Assembly (NCBI GenBank): GCA_963674705.1
Contig: OY771506.1
Span: 4,448,001-4,512,000, forward strand
Direction: 5' to 3'
DNA length: 64,000 nt
Source of the DNA: Phycisphaeraceae bacterium
GTDB taxonomy: Bacteria > Planctomycetota > Phycisphaerae > Phycisphaerales > Phycisphaeraceae
The notes under the pieces are model-generated. The model saw only the letters and a program-made list of their open reading frames with translations, ran no database searches and was not told the DNA's origin. Position numbers and translations under genes: made by a program. This document shows positions 1-12,999 of the stretch, one piece after another. Positions within the stretch are counted from its first letter, which is position 1; each line of letters begins with the position of its first letter.

Positions 1-438
1 GAACCCTATCTGCCCTATCTAAGTAACGATCCATTGCCACCCGCTCCACCGGGTGGTGGCGCATTTTGGCGTACCGGTTACTATTACAACCCAAACTTTT
101 ACACATCGTCCGCGATGAGTGTATACCTGCCCAGTGGTACGCGCGCCGGTATGCAACTAGTGGCCCGGAATACACGTGATTTTGACCAGGATCGTGTGCT
201 GATATGTGACACCATCAATACTCGGGATTCATACGCCCACCAAAAAGGAGGAGGAGGTTGGAATGGATCATTTATTGATGGGCATGTCCAATATTTGAAT
301 GATCCCGATGCCGTTGCATACTTTGAAGAACATCCACTTACTAGCACCAACAAGACAAACGAATTAATGGAAATTCTGGACCGTTTACAGAATACTGAGA
401 CACTCATCACAAGCGTATATCAGGCGGCGAATAACTAA
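1..438 (+). CDS. 3' part of a prepilin-type/H-X9-DG-motif (DUF1559-like) protein, truncated by window edge
   Basis: Frame open from base 1; C-terminal HQKGGGGWNGSFIDGHV resembles the H-Xn-DGH motif; followed by a PEP-CTERM gene like the paralogue at 46323. Confidence 0.7.
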   Translation, partial: EPYLPYLSNDPLPPAPPGGGAFWRTGYYYNPNFYTSSAMSVYLPSGTRAGMQLVARNTRDFDQDRVLICDTINTRDSYAHQKGGGGWNGSFIDGHVQYLNDPDAVAYFEEHPLTSTNKTNELMEILDRLQNTETLITSVYQAANN

Positions 439-538
439 CACGGTCGTTTGGTAATTAACTACACCATCTGATCAATTCGGGTAAATATTGGCTCAAACCT
501 TACCTTTAACTTTCACTAGTACTTGGAGAGGACCGGAT

Positions 539-1636
539 ATGAAAGATCATGTATTGAAAACAATGAGCTTGATGGCAGTTGCATCCGCGCTAGTCACGAC
601 TGCCACCATCCAAGCAGCGGTGGTCGATATCGGCACAGATGTGGGCTCTGGCGCCGACGCGGGTCTATACAATGATGACGGCTTCGTCGGCCAGGCTTTC
701 GCCGATACTTCGAATCTTAGCATTTATTCGATGGACATCCGACTGCTGACTGATGGTTCACTCACTCAACGATTCCGGGCTGGTATCATACGTTTGGACC
801 TTTCCAGCATAACAAAGGACTTCAGCAATCTGCTCAATGCCGGCATCAAGATTCAAAACGCATCGCAACAAAGAGAGATGATTATCTATGGATTGAATGA
901 TGGAGATGCGGAAGAATCCTGGGATGAAGGCACCATTACATGGAATACGACACCGGGTTTAACCCCTAATCCAACTTATGATCCAGTACTGACAACCGAT
1001 GGCCAGGTTGATACGCTCCGCTGGACGGAACTGGGTTATTGGACACCGATGGGGCCCGGTTCAGGTGGTACCACTACCGAATTTTCGACCACCTACCTCT
1101 CGACTGAAAATCCGGCCGGCTGGACAGACGACGAGGCGGCTTTCGCAGACGAATACGGCGAAGTCGATCCCAACTTTAACAGTAATCTTGTCAGCTTCCT
1201 TCAAGCTGATACAGATGGACAAGTCTCTTTATTGTTTATGATCAGTGAACGGCTTGGTCCTGCCAATGGTGGCAGCGTTGGTATCCGTACCAAGGAATGG
1301 GTCTTGGCCAATTCAGGGCTGACGACTCCGTCTATCGTCATGGAATTTGCTGACGGTAGCCTGGAAGGTGACCTTAATGGCGACGGATTCGTCGGCTTGG
1401 ATGATCTTGACATTGTGCTTGGCGCATGGAACCAGAATGTCCCCCCAGCCGATCCGGCTGCCGATCCGTCCGGTGATGGATTTGTTGGTCTTGATGACCT
1501 TGATGTCGTGCTGAATAACTGGAACGCCGGTACACCCCCGGTGACCAGCACCGTACCCGAGCCAACCGGTATCACCCTCCTTGGACTGGGTGGCCTGGTT
1601 ATGTTCATACGCCAACGCAGTACCTGGATAGTATAG
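539..1636 (+). CDS. Secreted PEP-CTERM protein with dockerin-like EF-hand pair
   Basis: ATG 539 after GGAGAGG; signal peptide; GDLNGDGFVGLDDLD / DPSGDGFVGLDDLD pair; VPEPT + TM + RQR tail. Confidence 0.85.
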   Translation: MKDHVLKTMSLMAVASALVTTATIQAAVVDIGTDVGSGADAGLYNDDGFVGQAFADTSNLSIYSMDIRLLTDGSLTQRFRAGIIRLDLSSITKDFSNLLNAGIKIQNASQQREMIIYGLNDGDAEESWDEGTITWNTTPGLTPNPTYDPVLTTDGQVDTLRWTELGYWTPMGPGSGGTTTEFSTTYLSTENPAGWTDDEAAFADEYGEVDPNFNSNLVSFLQADTDGQVSLLFMISERLGPANGGSVGIRTKEWVLANSGLTTPSIVMEFADGSLEGDLNGDGFVGLDDLDIVLGAWNQNVPPADPAADPSGDGFVGLDDLDVVLNNWNAGTPPVTSTVPEPTGITLLGLGGLVMFIRQRSTWIV

Positions 1637-1655
1637 TTTTCCTGTACATCCCTAC

Positions 1656-1699
1656 ACATTCGCGTGAGTTGATTCTCACGCGAATGTTTATTGTTTTTT
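1656..1699 (+). terminator. Intrinsic terminator
   Basis: Perfect 13-bp stem ACATTCGCGTGAG/CTCACGCGAATGT followed by T-rich tract, between convergent genes. Confidence 0.75.
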
Positions 1700-1731
1700 G
1701 CAAGGCATAATGAAGCAGGTAAACAATGATA

Positions 1732-2979
1732 TCATGCCATCCGATTCGCAATACCCTTCTTAGCCTCCGTGCGTATCTGGCCGGGTGTCTTTTTTAGTTG
1801 TCTGCGAAATACCGCATTCATGTACTGCTGATGCCTGAATCCAGAATTGAAGGCGATAACGTTCAGGGGTATATCCGTCTCGCTCAGAAGTCGCGTAGCA
1901 TGTCGAATCTTGGCGTCTTGAATCTCGGTCATAATGGTGTGCCCCATAACATTCCGGAAACGTCGTTGCAGAACACTTCTGGATAATGGAACCTGGCGTA
2001 ACACATCATCAATGCCGATACCCTCGATAGCGTGTGCCGAGATAAACCGAAGGGCGGCCACCACCTCACGGTCATCTATCGCTAGGACATCAGTAGAATG
2101 TCGCGTCACGATAGATGCCGGTGTGAGTAAGAAAGGCTTATCTGGAGCCTTGTCTCCCGACATAAGCTTGTCTAACAAGCCGGCCGCTTCATACCCCAGT
2201 CGCTGCCAATCGATAGGAACACTTGTTAGTGGTGGGGACGAAATCTGGCACAGCGGAGCATCGTTATCTGCACCGATCACAGCTAGTTCGTCGGGGATGC
2301 TGACACCGATCCGCTTTGCAGCCTCCAGTGTTAGTTGAGCATAGCCATCATTACATGCCATGATCCCGGCGGGTTTGGGGATCGAGTACAACCAGTCCGC
2401 CATACGTACCTGCCATTGTATCCAGGAATTGGGGTCGCTTGGATACAGCGGCATATCGTAGACACTGCATTCTAAGCCATCTTCACGCACGCGATCTGTA
2501 AACCCCTCCCGTCGCTGTGCAGATGGGATCATCCCTAAACGATGACAGAAACCAAAGTACCTGAACTTGCGCTCTAAAAGATGCTCGGCTGCAACTCGGC
2601 CAATTTGCTTATTATCAAAATACACAACCGGTAGGATCGGTTTCTCATCCTCCAAATAAGTATTGACGCAGGGGATATTCAACTTCTTGACGTGACCGGC
2701 GATTTTTTTGTTATCAAATCGGCCAATGATCCCCGTCACCACACGCTCAACCAGCCACTGCTCTAAATGATATGTCGTTTCTGTCGGTGGCGGCGCGAGC
2801 ATCACCGACCACGGCCTATGTGCCTTGATGTAATCGGCAATCCCCTGCAATAGTGGCGGACGCCACTGGACCAATAGCGCAACACGTGGTATGGACAATT
2901 TATTATCCAGTACGGCTTGCTCTTTTTTTATCTTGCGCTTGCCCATTGAGATCACGTAAAATATGGCGCGAACCGCCAT
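1732..2979 (-). CDS. XylR-family transcriptional regulator (periplasmic-binding-protein-like domain + AraC HTH)
   Basis: IGRVAAEHLLERKF, PAGIMACND, IPDELAVIGADND, PPLTSV, C-terminal AraC HTH (IAFNSGF...FRRQLKKTPGQIR); start may be 2946. Confidence 0.9.
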   Translation of the reverse strand: MAVRAIFYVISMGKRKIKKEQAVLDNKLSIPRVALLVQWRPPLLQGIADYIKAHRPWSVMLAPPPTETTYHLEQWLVERVVTGIIGRFDNKKIAGHVKKLNIPCVNTYLEDEKPILPVVYFDNKQIGRVAAEHLLERKFRYFGFCHRLGMIPSAQRREGFTDRVREDGLECSVYDMPLYPSDPNSWIQWQVRMADWLYSIPKPAGIMACNDGYAQLTLEAAKRIGVSIPDELAVIGADNDAPLCQISSPPLTSVPIDWQRLGYEAAGLLDKLMSGDKAPDKPFLLTPASIVTRHSTDVLAIDDREVVAALRFISAHAIEGIGIDDVLRQVPLSRSVLQRRFRNVMGHTIMTEIQDAKIRHATRLLSETDIPLNVIAFNSGFRHQQYMNAVFRRQLKKTPGQIRTEAKKGIANRMA

Positions 2980-3037
2980 AGATTATATGGTCATCGGACC
3001 CAAAGGCATAGTAAATTCTCCCCAATCCAATAATGGT

Positions 3038-5221
3038 TCATGCCATATCCATCATCGTAGAGGCGAATGGCTCCAAGCTAAATGCTACTGAACGGATCGG
3101 ATTCTGGACTACGGTCTGCTGAACTTGGTTCGTGTTATTCACAACAACTAACTTACCATGTTTCGGGTAATAAGCACAGTCTGTGTTGCAATTATTACAT
3201 ATCCATTGATTGATCTGCGAATCCATTTGAGCAGACCAGTAGATAGAGCGTAACAATAAACGTGCATTCCGCCCGTTATAGGTATGAGCTGCAAAATACA
3301 CGCTCCTGCCACTACCAAATTGCCTGATGGTAATCCTGGGTGAATTACCCTGTGCAGAGAGTACTTTTGTTTCAGGATCGATGATATAAATATCCTCGAT
3401 AGGTTTACCTAATTCAGGAGCTGGTCCAGCATCTTCCATAATGTAGTGATCGCTAGACACTACGAACGCATAACGATCAAAAGCCCTGGTCAGACCGAGT
3501 TCCCGATCCACGCCAAGAATGTCTGAAAGCTGAAAGAACGACGTCCCATGCCGATGTGCCGTTGGTTCACCTATCCCGATAAGTCCACCACCGGCATGCA
3601 CAAAGCTCCGAATGGCTGCCAGGATACCGGGCTCTGTCCACCATGATCCACCAGACCAGGAATCACCTGCAATCCCTGCATTAATCACAACATCCACATC
3701 CGCTGGTACGCCCTGCTTAAGGATGTCATCGAACGATAGGAACGACACTTCAACCGGTAAGCCAGAGAGCGATTCCATCGCTTCGTTGTAATAGTTATCA
3801 CGATTGAAGTGTCCACGGCAAGCCCATGCGCGCAGCTGCCCCCATGCCGAAAGGATCGCGACTTTGACGTCAGCCTGCCATGGTTTATCCCCATGATGCA
3901 GGTTGCGCAACTGCCTGAACTCATTGCCCATCAGTTCGATGTAATCGACAAAGTCAGGATGATTCTCCACCAAGTGAAGATATCCACCAAACCCGATTCG
4001 ATCCACGCCTTTACGCAGCAATGCACGGCGGATATCTGCCCAATAGGACTTGCATTCCAGTGTTGGGGTACCACCGGGCAAGAACGAAGGCGCCCCATTC
4101 ACCCCAGTCGGGAACAGATATGGGTGCATTCGCAGTTCCCGTACTAATACGTCCGGTGTCTCCGCAACTTTTCTGGCCTCAAATCCATTGAAAATACCAT
4201 CGATCACACCATCAAAGCCGAACCGCTTAAAGCGCTCGCCGTAAGGCTCGACACCCAGCCAATGGTCGTTGTAGAAAAAGAACGCTTGCTTGCCGTGTTT
4301 GTGGATCAGTTCAACGCATTTGCTTCCGAATCTGACAACAAACTCATTGATAAAATCAATCCATTCCCGGTAAAACTTGGAAGGCACCTTGTATGAATTG
4401 TTGTATTCGCCGGCGTTGACGAAGTCTTCACTCTTTGGCCGATAGCCGTACTTATTCTCGAATTGACGTATCGCTTCTGTACTGACAGAGAATTCATACG
4501 ACCCCCAATCGTTAACGATAAAACGACGCTTGGGATCATCTCCCCAGAACCACCAGAAGTTGTAAAACATCGAGGTCAGGCGGACAACGCTTGTGTGAGG
4601 ATGTTCATTGAGCCATTGCTCTAGGTAACTCATGATCCGCTCCCGTGCTTCCGGGTAGATCGGATCGATCGGCATCAGGTGTTCACGATCACCCCAATCA
4701 TTTGTGACGTGGTTATACATCGATATCTCCTCCCAGATCCGATAGGAGAAGAAGTTCACTGTGTATTGATGCCAGCGTCTGGTGTTTCGGATCGTGACTG
4801 TGCCGGATTCAGGCTTGAAGTCCCAATCCGAGACAGGTACTTCGTTGCCCGAAGTGCGGTCGAAAACTTGCCACCACTGTTTGGGATCATCATTCGTATT
4901 GATCTTGAACTGTTCACGGAAGTATCCACGCAGCAATTTGATCCCCAGCGTACCTGACTCAGCGATCACCGGCTGGCTCATCATGCAGCACTGCTGGAGT
5001 TTGTCGGGGTGCTTCTTTGCCCAATCGTTGTGTGCCCGGACGAGGCAGAGCGTGGAGTATATCTCGTATCCTGAACTGACAATCTCATCCGATAGCTGAG
5101 TGCCATCGCTGTCACGGATCACATCCGCCCCCCACCGCTTGGCAAGTTTCAGCGTTAAGTCCTCGTATCCGGCTTCACCTGGAAGCGTAAATCCGCCATG
5201 ATTGAGTGATTTATTGTCCAT
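3038..5221 (-). CDS. gnpA: GH112 beta-galactoside phosphorylase (GnpA family; resembles the Gal-beta1,4-Rha phosphorylase branch)
   Basis: GGFTLPGEAG, WGADVIRDSDGT, WEEISMYNH, NDHWLGVEPY, DRIGFGGYL motifs; 727 aa. Confidence 0.9.
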   Translation of the reverse strand: MDNKSLNHGGFTLPGEAGYEDLTLKLAKRWGADVIRDSDGTQLSDEIVSSGYEIYSTLCLVRAHNDWAKKHPDKLQQCCMMSQPVIAESGTLGIKLLRGYFREQFKINTNDDPKQWWQVFDRTSGNEVPVSDWDFKPESGTVTIRNTRRWHQYTVNFFSYRIWEEISMYNHVTNDWGDREHLMPIDPIYPEARERIMSYLEQWLNEHPHTSVVRLTSMFYNFWWFWGDDPKRRFIVNDWGSYEFSVSTEAIRQFENKYGYRPKSEDFVNAGEYNNSYKVPSKFYREWIDFINEFVVRFGSKCVELIHKHGKQAFFFYNDHWLGVEPYGERFKRFGFDGVIDGIFNGFEARKVAETPDVLVRELRMHPYLFPTGVNGAPSFLPGGTPTLECKSYWADIRRALLRKGVDRIGFGGYLHLVENHPDFVDYIELMGNEFRQLRNLHHGDKPWQADVKVAILSAWGQLRAWACRGHFNRDNYYNEAMESLSGLPVEVSFLSFDDILKQGVPADVDVVINAGIAGDSWSGGSWWTEPGILAAIRSFVHAGGGLIGIGEPTAHRHGTSFFQLSDILGVDRELGLTRAFDRYAFVVSSDHYIMEDAGPAPELGKPIEDIYIIDPETKVLSAQGNSPRITIRQFGSGRSVYFAAHTYNGRNARLLLRSIYWSAQMDSQINQWICNNCNTDCAYYPKHGKLVVVNNTNQVQQTVVQNPIRSVAFSLEPFASTMMDMA

Positions 5222-5236
5222 AACAGAGCAGATTAC

Positions 5237-5275
5237 AAAAACCCCGATGTAACGCCAACTCGTTACATCGGGGGT
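5237..5275 (-). terminator. Intrinsic terminator-like hairpin between the GH2 and GH112 genes
   Basis: 13-bp stem CCCCGATGTAACG/CGTTACATCGGGG followed by TTTTT on the minus strand. Confidence 0.65.
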
Positions 5276-5326
5276 GAATTATCAATCAAATATGCAGCAT
5301 GGACGAGCCCGTTTGCTCACAATCCA

Positions 5327-8521
<3,195 letters not shown>

Positions 8522-8636
8522 CTATTGTTAACCCACTGGAGGCAACAAGATACCAAAGCAATAGATACATTGCAGTAATCGCCAATGAAATAATATGTTG
8601 CACAACAAAGAAGGCCTAAGTATTGACTTACAAGCA

Positions 8637-9704
8637 CTAATCTTCAGTTATCCAACGCCGCCGCCAAGCAGGATAGTCTTTGGTAAGCAGTGATTCTGCC
8701 CGACGAGAATACCAGGCATATCCCAGGCGTCGTTCGGCTTCTACTTCCGACAGTTCGTAGTGAATGACGCCGTCACGCCCGCTGAAAATCGGCCGATTGG
8801 TACCGATCTCGTAGAAACGAGCCCACCATCGCTCGTTTGTGTCTTTTGAGGATACCAGCCTTCGGTCCTGATCACCGTTGGGCAGCATGATGCGTTCATA
8901 GGACACACCGTAAATAGCCGTCATGTCAAACCATTCAACTGCACCGTTTATAGCACGTACTATATCTGGTGATGGATCGTCGATGCTCATAAGTAGCTGT
9001 ATAAGTTTTACTGATTCGGCGCCGCTAAGCGAAGGGTGTTCATATGCACGAGCCTTTACGGGTTTGAGCGTAACCGCGTCATGCTGAGCACACCAGACGG
9101 TCGGATGTCCATCGACGACGACCTGAGTTCTTAAAATGATCCGGATGCCTCGCTCATATGCGTCTGCCGCTTGTTGGCGGTGTGATTTATTGATAATAGT
9201 GAAAGGCTCCTTCGCTGATGCAATCTCTTGCATCAGCATCATTACATGATACATGGCGTCATCGTTATAGGTGATGGCATCATGATAGCTTCCACACAGC
9301 GGGTAGTACTGTGGCCAACCGCCATTTTCGTATTGTGCCTTGAACAGATAATCCTGGCCTTGGGAAAATGCCTGTAAACAGCGGCGATCTCCCGTCAACG
9401 CGATTACACGTGCGAGGACACGCATCTCGGCTACGGTAGCTTGATTGTCTATAGTAGCCGGCTTATCAATATCGGTATTTAGCTGCTCTTGATCTACTGG
9501 CTCGGAGGGATCGTAATTTTTATCCCATCCGCCACAGGCTCGCTGACGCGCGAGGATATTTTTAATGATAGGTCTACCTTCATCAGATACATACCATTCT
9601 GCGGGCATATTGGCCAGTTTCACCCAGTCGACAGCAATTGCGCGGCCAGGTGAAACCAGCAATATAATCGTGATGATAACGCTAACACACCATTGCATAA
9701 TCAC
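8637..9704 (-). CDS. pelA: PL10 pectate lyase (PelA family), secreted
   Basis: Signal peptide; TIDNQAT, GGWPQYYP, ITYNDDAM, WCAQHD, ARAYEHPSLSGAES, WARFYEIGTNRPIFSGRDG. Confidence 0.9.
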   Translation of the reverse strand: MIMQWCVSVIITIILLVSPGRAIAVDWVKLANMPAEWYVSDEGRPIIKNILARQRACGGWDKNYDPSEPVDQEQLNTDIDKPATIDNQATVAEMRVLARVIALTGDRRCLQAFSQGQDYLFKAQYENGGWPQYYPLCGSYHDAITYNDDAMYHVMMLMQEIASAKEPFTIINKSHRQQAADAYERGIRIILRTQVVVDGHPTVWCAQHDAVTLKPVKARAYEHPSLSGAESVKLIQLLMSIDDPSPDIVRAINGAVEWFDMTAIYGVSYERIMLPNGDQDRRLVSSKDTNERWWARFYEIGTNRPIFSGRDGVIHYELSEVEAERRLGYAWYSRRAESLLTKDYPAWRRRWITED

Positions 9705-9721
9705 TATGCTATCTTAATAAC

Positions 9722-10588
9722 TCACGGTGTGTAGTCATAGTCTTCCGTCGTGGCGTTATTCGCCCAGTAACGCATATCGTCAAGTTCATTGGCTGACATA
9801 CCGGCCACATGACCATCAAAGAATGCGATATCGGCGTTCGGCCCGTAGCGACCTTTGGGCAAGCCCATAAGCGTACCAGCAGAGTCCACGTCAATGGCAC
9901 CACCATTATTGTGCCACTTCTGCCCGTTGGCATGCGGTGCAAACAAGTCAAAATAGCCGGAATCAGGGTCGTCCGGATTCAGGCCGGGCATGCTTGCGTA
10001 GCTGTCACCGAACACTATTAGATCAGATGGTCGCCTTACTTCGCTATTGATGTACACCACATGCTTCCCGACATTCGGAAAGGATGTGTTGTCCTTGGAA
10101 ATGAAACCATCAAAGTTGTGATGCCCACCGACGTAGATGCCGTTGAGCCCAAACGATGGAAAGGCGCTTAGCTTGTACAACTGAACCGCAGCATCACTAT
10201 CGGTGATTTGTGGCAGTTCAGGGGGATCTGCATGGCTATAAACGATCTCCCACACATCTGACACATATGAAATAAGTCGCCACGGATACCTGCCGGAGGC
10301 GGGGTAAACGATCGACTGACCATGATAATCAGCCGTGAAGTCTTCGTAATAGTACGATTTGAAAGGATAGCCGGGCAGTACCATGTCGGCATAGTCACTC
10401 TGATAGGCCGAATAAGCGGTCACCAATTGCCGAAGGTCGCTCTTGGACTTGACCTGTTGGGCAGCCTTACGTGCCTGACTCAGAGCAGGCAACAGGATGC
10501 CGATCAGCAGCGCGATGATACTTATCACAACCAACAGCTCGATGAGCGTGAAGGCATGGCGATGATTAATATTTACTTGGTAAGTCAT
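9722..10588 (-). CDS. Prepilin-type N-terminal cleavage/methylation protein with C-terminal DGH motif (DUF1559-like)
   Basis: [45 protein letters not shown]. Confidence 0.88.
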   Translation of the reverse strand: MTYQVNINHRHAFTLIELLVVISIIALLIGILLPALSQARKAAQQVKSKSDLRQLVTAYSAYQSDYADMVLPGYPFKSYYYEDFTADYHGQSIVYPASGRYPWRLISYVSDVWEIVYSHADPPELPQITDSDAAVQLYKLSAFPSFGLNGIYVGGHHNFDGFISKDNTSFPNVGKHVVYINSEVRRPSDLIVFGDSYASMPGLNPDDPDSGYFDLFAPHANGQKWHNNGGAIDVDSAGTLMGLPKGRYGPNADIAFFDGHVAGMSANELDDMRYWANNATTEDYDYTP

Positions 10589-10670
10589 GCCTGGAACCCT
10601 TGTTGTCAGTTAAGTCACCCCAGCTATGAAGACTTTCAACATTTAATCTATCAAGTGTCATGCTGGCGGA

Positions 10671-10826
10671 TTATTGTGATTGCATACGAACCTCTTCTGA
10701 GGTCAATGCTTTGTTTTTGGTAATCGATCGTCTTGACGTCCACCAGATTGTCACTGCATACCCCCACATCAAACCGATCGCCACGATGTATGCAAGAATG
10801 GTGTGCTGGAGTGGATCCATATTCAT
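10671..10826 (-). CDS. ccmD: CcmD-like small membrane protein (51 aa; not in the ORF track)
   Basis: Hand translation MNMDPLQHTILAYIVAIGLMWGYAVTIWWTSRRSITKNKALTSEEVRMQSQ; ATGA overlap with ccmC stop, GGAGGTG SD, one TM helix then basic tail. Confidence 0.72.
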   Translation of the reverse strand: MNMDPLQHTILAYIVAIGLMWGYAVTIWWTSRRSITKNKALTSEEVRMQSQ

Positions 10827-11539
10827 GCGACACCTCCAAGCCGACCCCTTACGATACTTTGAGACTCGTGTTGCCCACCGTCTTCAAGTTCTTCATGCTG
10901 AACTCGTTGTAGCAGGAAACGTGCAATAACTAAACCCACAGAGATCATGGTGACCGGTATCATGCAGACAAGGAGCGTCCACTTCATTTCTGTAGTCAGC
11001 GTGATCGATGAGGGATGGATGTCAGGCATCAACTTGACAGACAAGTAAACCAACGGCACATCAACAAAAGCCACGATTCCATATACTGCACTCACCAATG
11101 CCCTACGCTGTCGGGATTCGATTGATGGGCGTATCACAAGATAGGCCACGTACAGTAACCAGAGCACAAGACTGAAGGTTAAGCGCGGGCTCCAGGTCCA
11201 CCATACACCCCATGCACTGTGCCCCCAGATCATACCTGTCAGTAGAACCACACCACACAGTAGTACGGCGACCTTTGCTGACGACACTGCCAGATCGTCC
11301 CATACCTGTCGTCTTTGCCAAAGGTAGCCGACCGATGCGATGAAACAGACCAGGCAAGCCAGGAATGTATTAATGGCCACGGGCAAATGGAGATAGAATA
11401 CTTTTTGCACGATGCCCATCGTTTCTTCGACAGGTGTCCAGAAGAAAATCATGGCGGTCGCGACAGTAAACAACATCGCGGTCACCAGCCAGTATATTGC
11501 CCATATTGTCCCACTTATATGTTTCATCACAAATCCCAA
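10823..11539 (-). CDS. ccmC: Heme exporter/cytochrome c biogenesis protein CcmC
   Basis: VFYLHLP, WGHSAWGVWWTWSPRLT tryptophan-rich motif, DIHP; start may be 11527. Confidence 0.92.
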   Translation of the reverse strand: MGFVMKHISGTIWAIYWLVTAMLFTVATAMIFFWTPVEETMGIVQKVFYLHLPVAINTFLACLVCFIASVGYLWQRRQVWDDLAVSSAKVAVLLCGVVLLTGMIWGHSAWGVWWTWSPRLTFSLVLWLLYVAYLVIRPSIESRQRRALVSAVYGIVAFVDVPLVYLSVKLMPDIHPSSITLTTEMKWTLLVCMIPVTMISVGLVIARFLLQRVQHEELEDGGQHESQSIVRGRLGGVA

Positions 11540-12217
11540 TCATGGTTCGAGGATCAACTCAAACACGAGCCAACTCACAGTCAGGTATATCGCATCGAAT
11601 GCAATCAAGACCAAAACGCCAGTGGTATTAAAAGGTTCGTTGTCACCAAATAGGCGCATCATCATTTGAGTGGAAACGATCACTAAAGGCAGAGATACCG
11701 GAAAGATAAGGATAGCCAACAATCCACCCTGCAGGCGCGTCGAACTGACTGCAGCTGAGAACAACGTGCCGACGGCTGCAAATCCTACAAAACCTCCAGC
11801 CATGATCGCGACAAACCCGATCGGCGAAGCGGACAAATCGAAGCCAAACATGATCACCGCAACCGGTGTTACGACCAGCGATAGCGCGACCATCAATATC
11901 AGGTTGCTCAGTAATTTACCTGCATAAATTGCACCGCGATCAACAGGTGCCAACATGAGTCCGGCTAATGCGCCATCATGTCGCTCGACAGCCATGGTTT
12001 TTTCAAAGCACAAGACTCCGCCGAAAAGGTAGGCGACCCATAGGACCGCCGTCGCTGCGATTCCAGACTTGACCTGCTCTGGTCCTAGACCAAGACCGAG
12101 TACTACAACGATCAGCACACCCAGTACAACCACCAGTCCAAGCGTCTGTCGGCTGCGGGCTTCAATACGAAGATCTTTACTACTAATCAGAATGATTTGC
12201 TGGAGCACATGCGTCAT
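11540..12217 (-). CDS. ccmB: Heme exporter protein CcmB
   Basis: KDLRIEARSR, ERHDGALAGLMLAP, IYAGK, LLAILIFPVSLPL; about 6 TM. Confidence 0.92.
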   Translation of the reverse strand: MTHVLQQIILISSKDLRIEARSRQTLGLVVVLGVLIVVVLGLGLGPEQVKSGIAATAVLWVAYLFGGVLCFEKTMAVERHDGALAGLMLAPVDRGAIYAGKLLSNLILMVALSLVVTPVAVIMFGFDLSASPIGFVAIMAGGFVGFAAVGTLFSAAVSSTRLQGGLLAILIFPVSLPLVIVSTQMMMRLFGDNEPFNTTGVLVLIAFDAIYLTVSWLVFELILEP

Positions 12218-12999
12218 TGCCCGATCACCTCCCGCGTCACCGCTTCCGGATCAGCAAGATGGATCGGCTGGTCACATACAATATGCCCTTGACGCAAGAC
12301 AACCACACGTTTGGCAAGCTCAAGGCTTTGTCTGACATCGTGGTTTGTCAGGATGATGGTTTTACCTTCAGCATTAAGTTCGGCCAGCAGGTTCGTGACA
12401 GACACAACTGAAGGAACATCCAACCCTGAGAACGGTTCATCAGCCAGCATAAGATCAGGGGCATGCATTAAAGCCCGGGCTATGGATAATCTCTGCACCA
12501 TACCTCGGCTGAATGTTTTTACCTGGCTCTTAGCACGCTCCGCTAAATCAACACGTTCGAGCAATTCCATGGCACGCTCTGCGTGTCGTCTGACACCATA
12601 GAGTTTGCCAAAGAAGATAAGGTTCTCGATTGCTGAAAGATCGCGGTATAGCATCGGCTGATGACCGATGACACCGATCCGAGCACGGAGTTTAGGATTC
12701 GGACGATTCGCGGCTTCACCGAAGAGTGATATCCTCCCGGCAGTCGGTTGACTGAGCATCGCGAGTATGTGCAGCAGTGTACTTTTGCCGGCACCATTTG
12801 GTCCAAGCAGCGTCAGATATGAGCCTACCGGCACATTCAAGCTCAGTTTGCGTAGCACCCATCGTTCGTCATACCGCTTACACACTTGATTAAGGCATAC
12901 CGCAAGACCCGCCGATTCACTCTCGGCACGATTAGTTTCTAACACGGGCTCGGCGGTCATGCTGATCATCGGTAGATTAATTAGGTTAACCGGCTGCAC
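12214..12999 (-). CDS. ccmA: Heme ABC exporter ATPase CcmA
   Basis: GPNGAGKST Walker A, FSRGMVQR signature, LADEPFSGLD; position in ccm operon. Confidence 0.88.
   Translation of the reverse strand: MQPVNLINLPMISMTAEPVLETNRAESESAGLAVCLNQVCKRYDERWVLRKLSLNVPVGSYLTLLGPNGAGKSTLLHILAMLSQPTAGRISLFGEAANRPNPKLRARIGVIGHQPMLYRDLSAIENLIFFGKLYGVRRHAERAMELLERVDLAERAKSQVKTFSRGMVQRLSIARALMHAPDLMLADEPFSGLDVPSVVSVTNLLAELNAEGKTIILTNHDVRQSLELAKRVVVLRQGHIVCDQPIHLADPEAVTREVIGQ

Noticed and set aside
9722..10588. Prepilin-like gene as an electrically conductive pilin of the island
   Set aside because: It is a 288-aa DUF1559-like protein of a family seen three times here beside carbohydrate genes, not a short PilA-N type pilin
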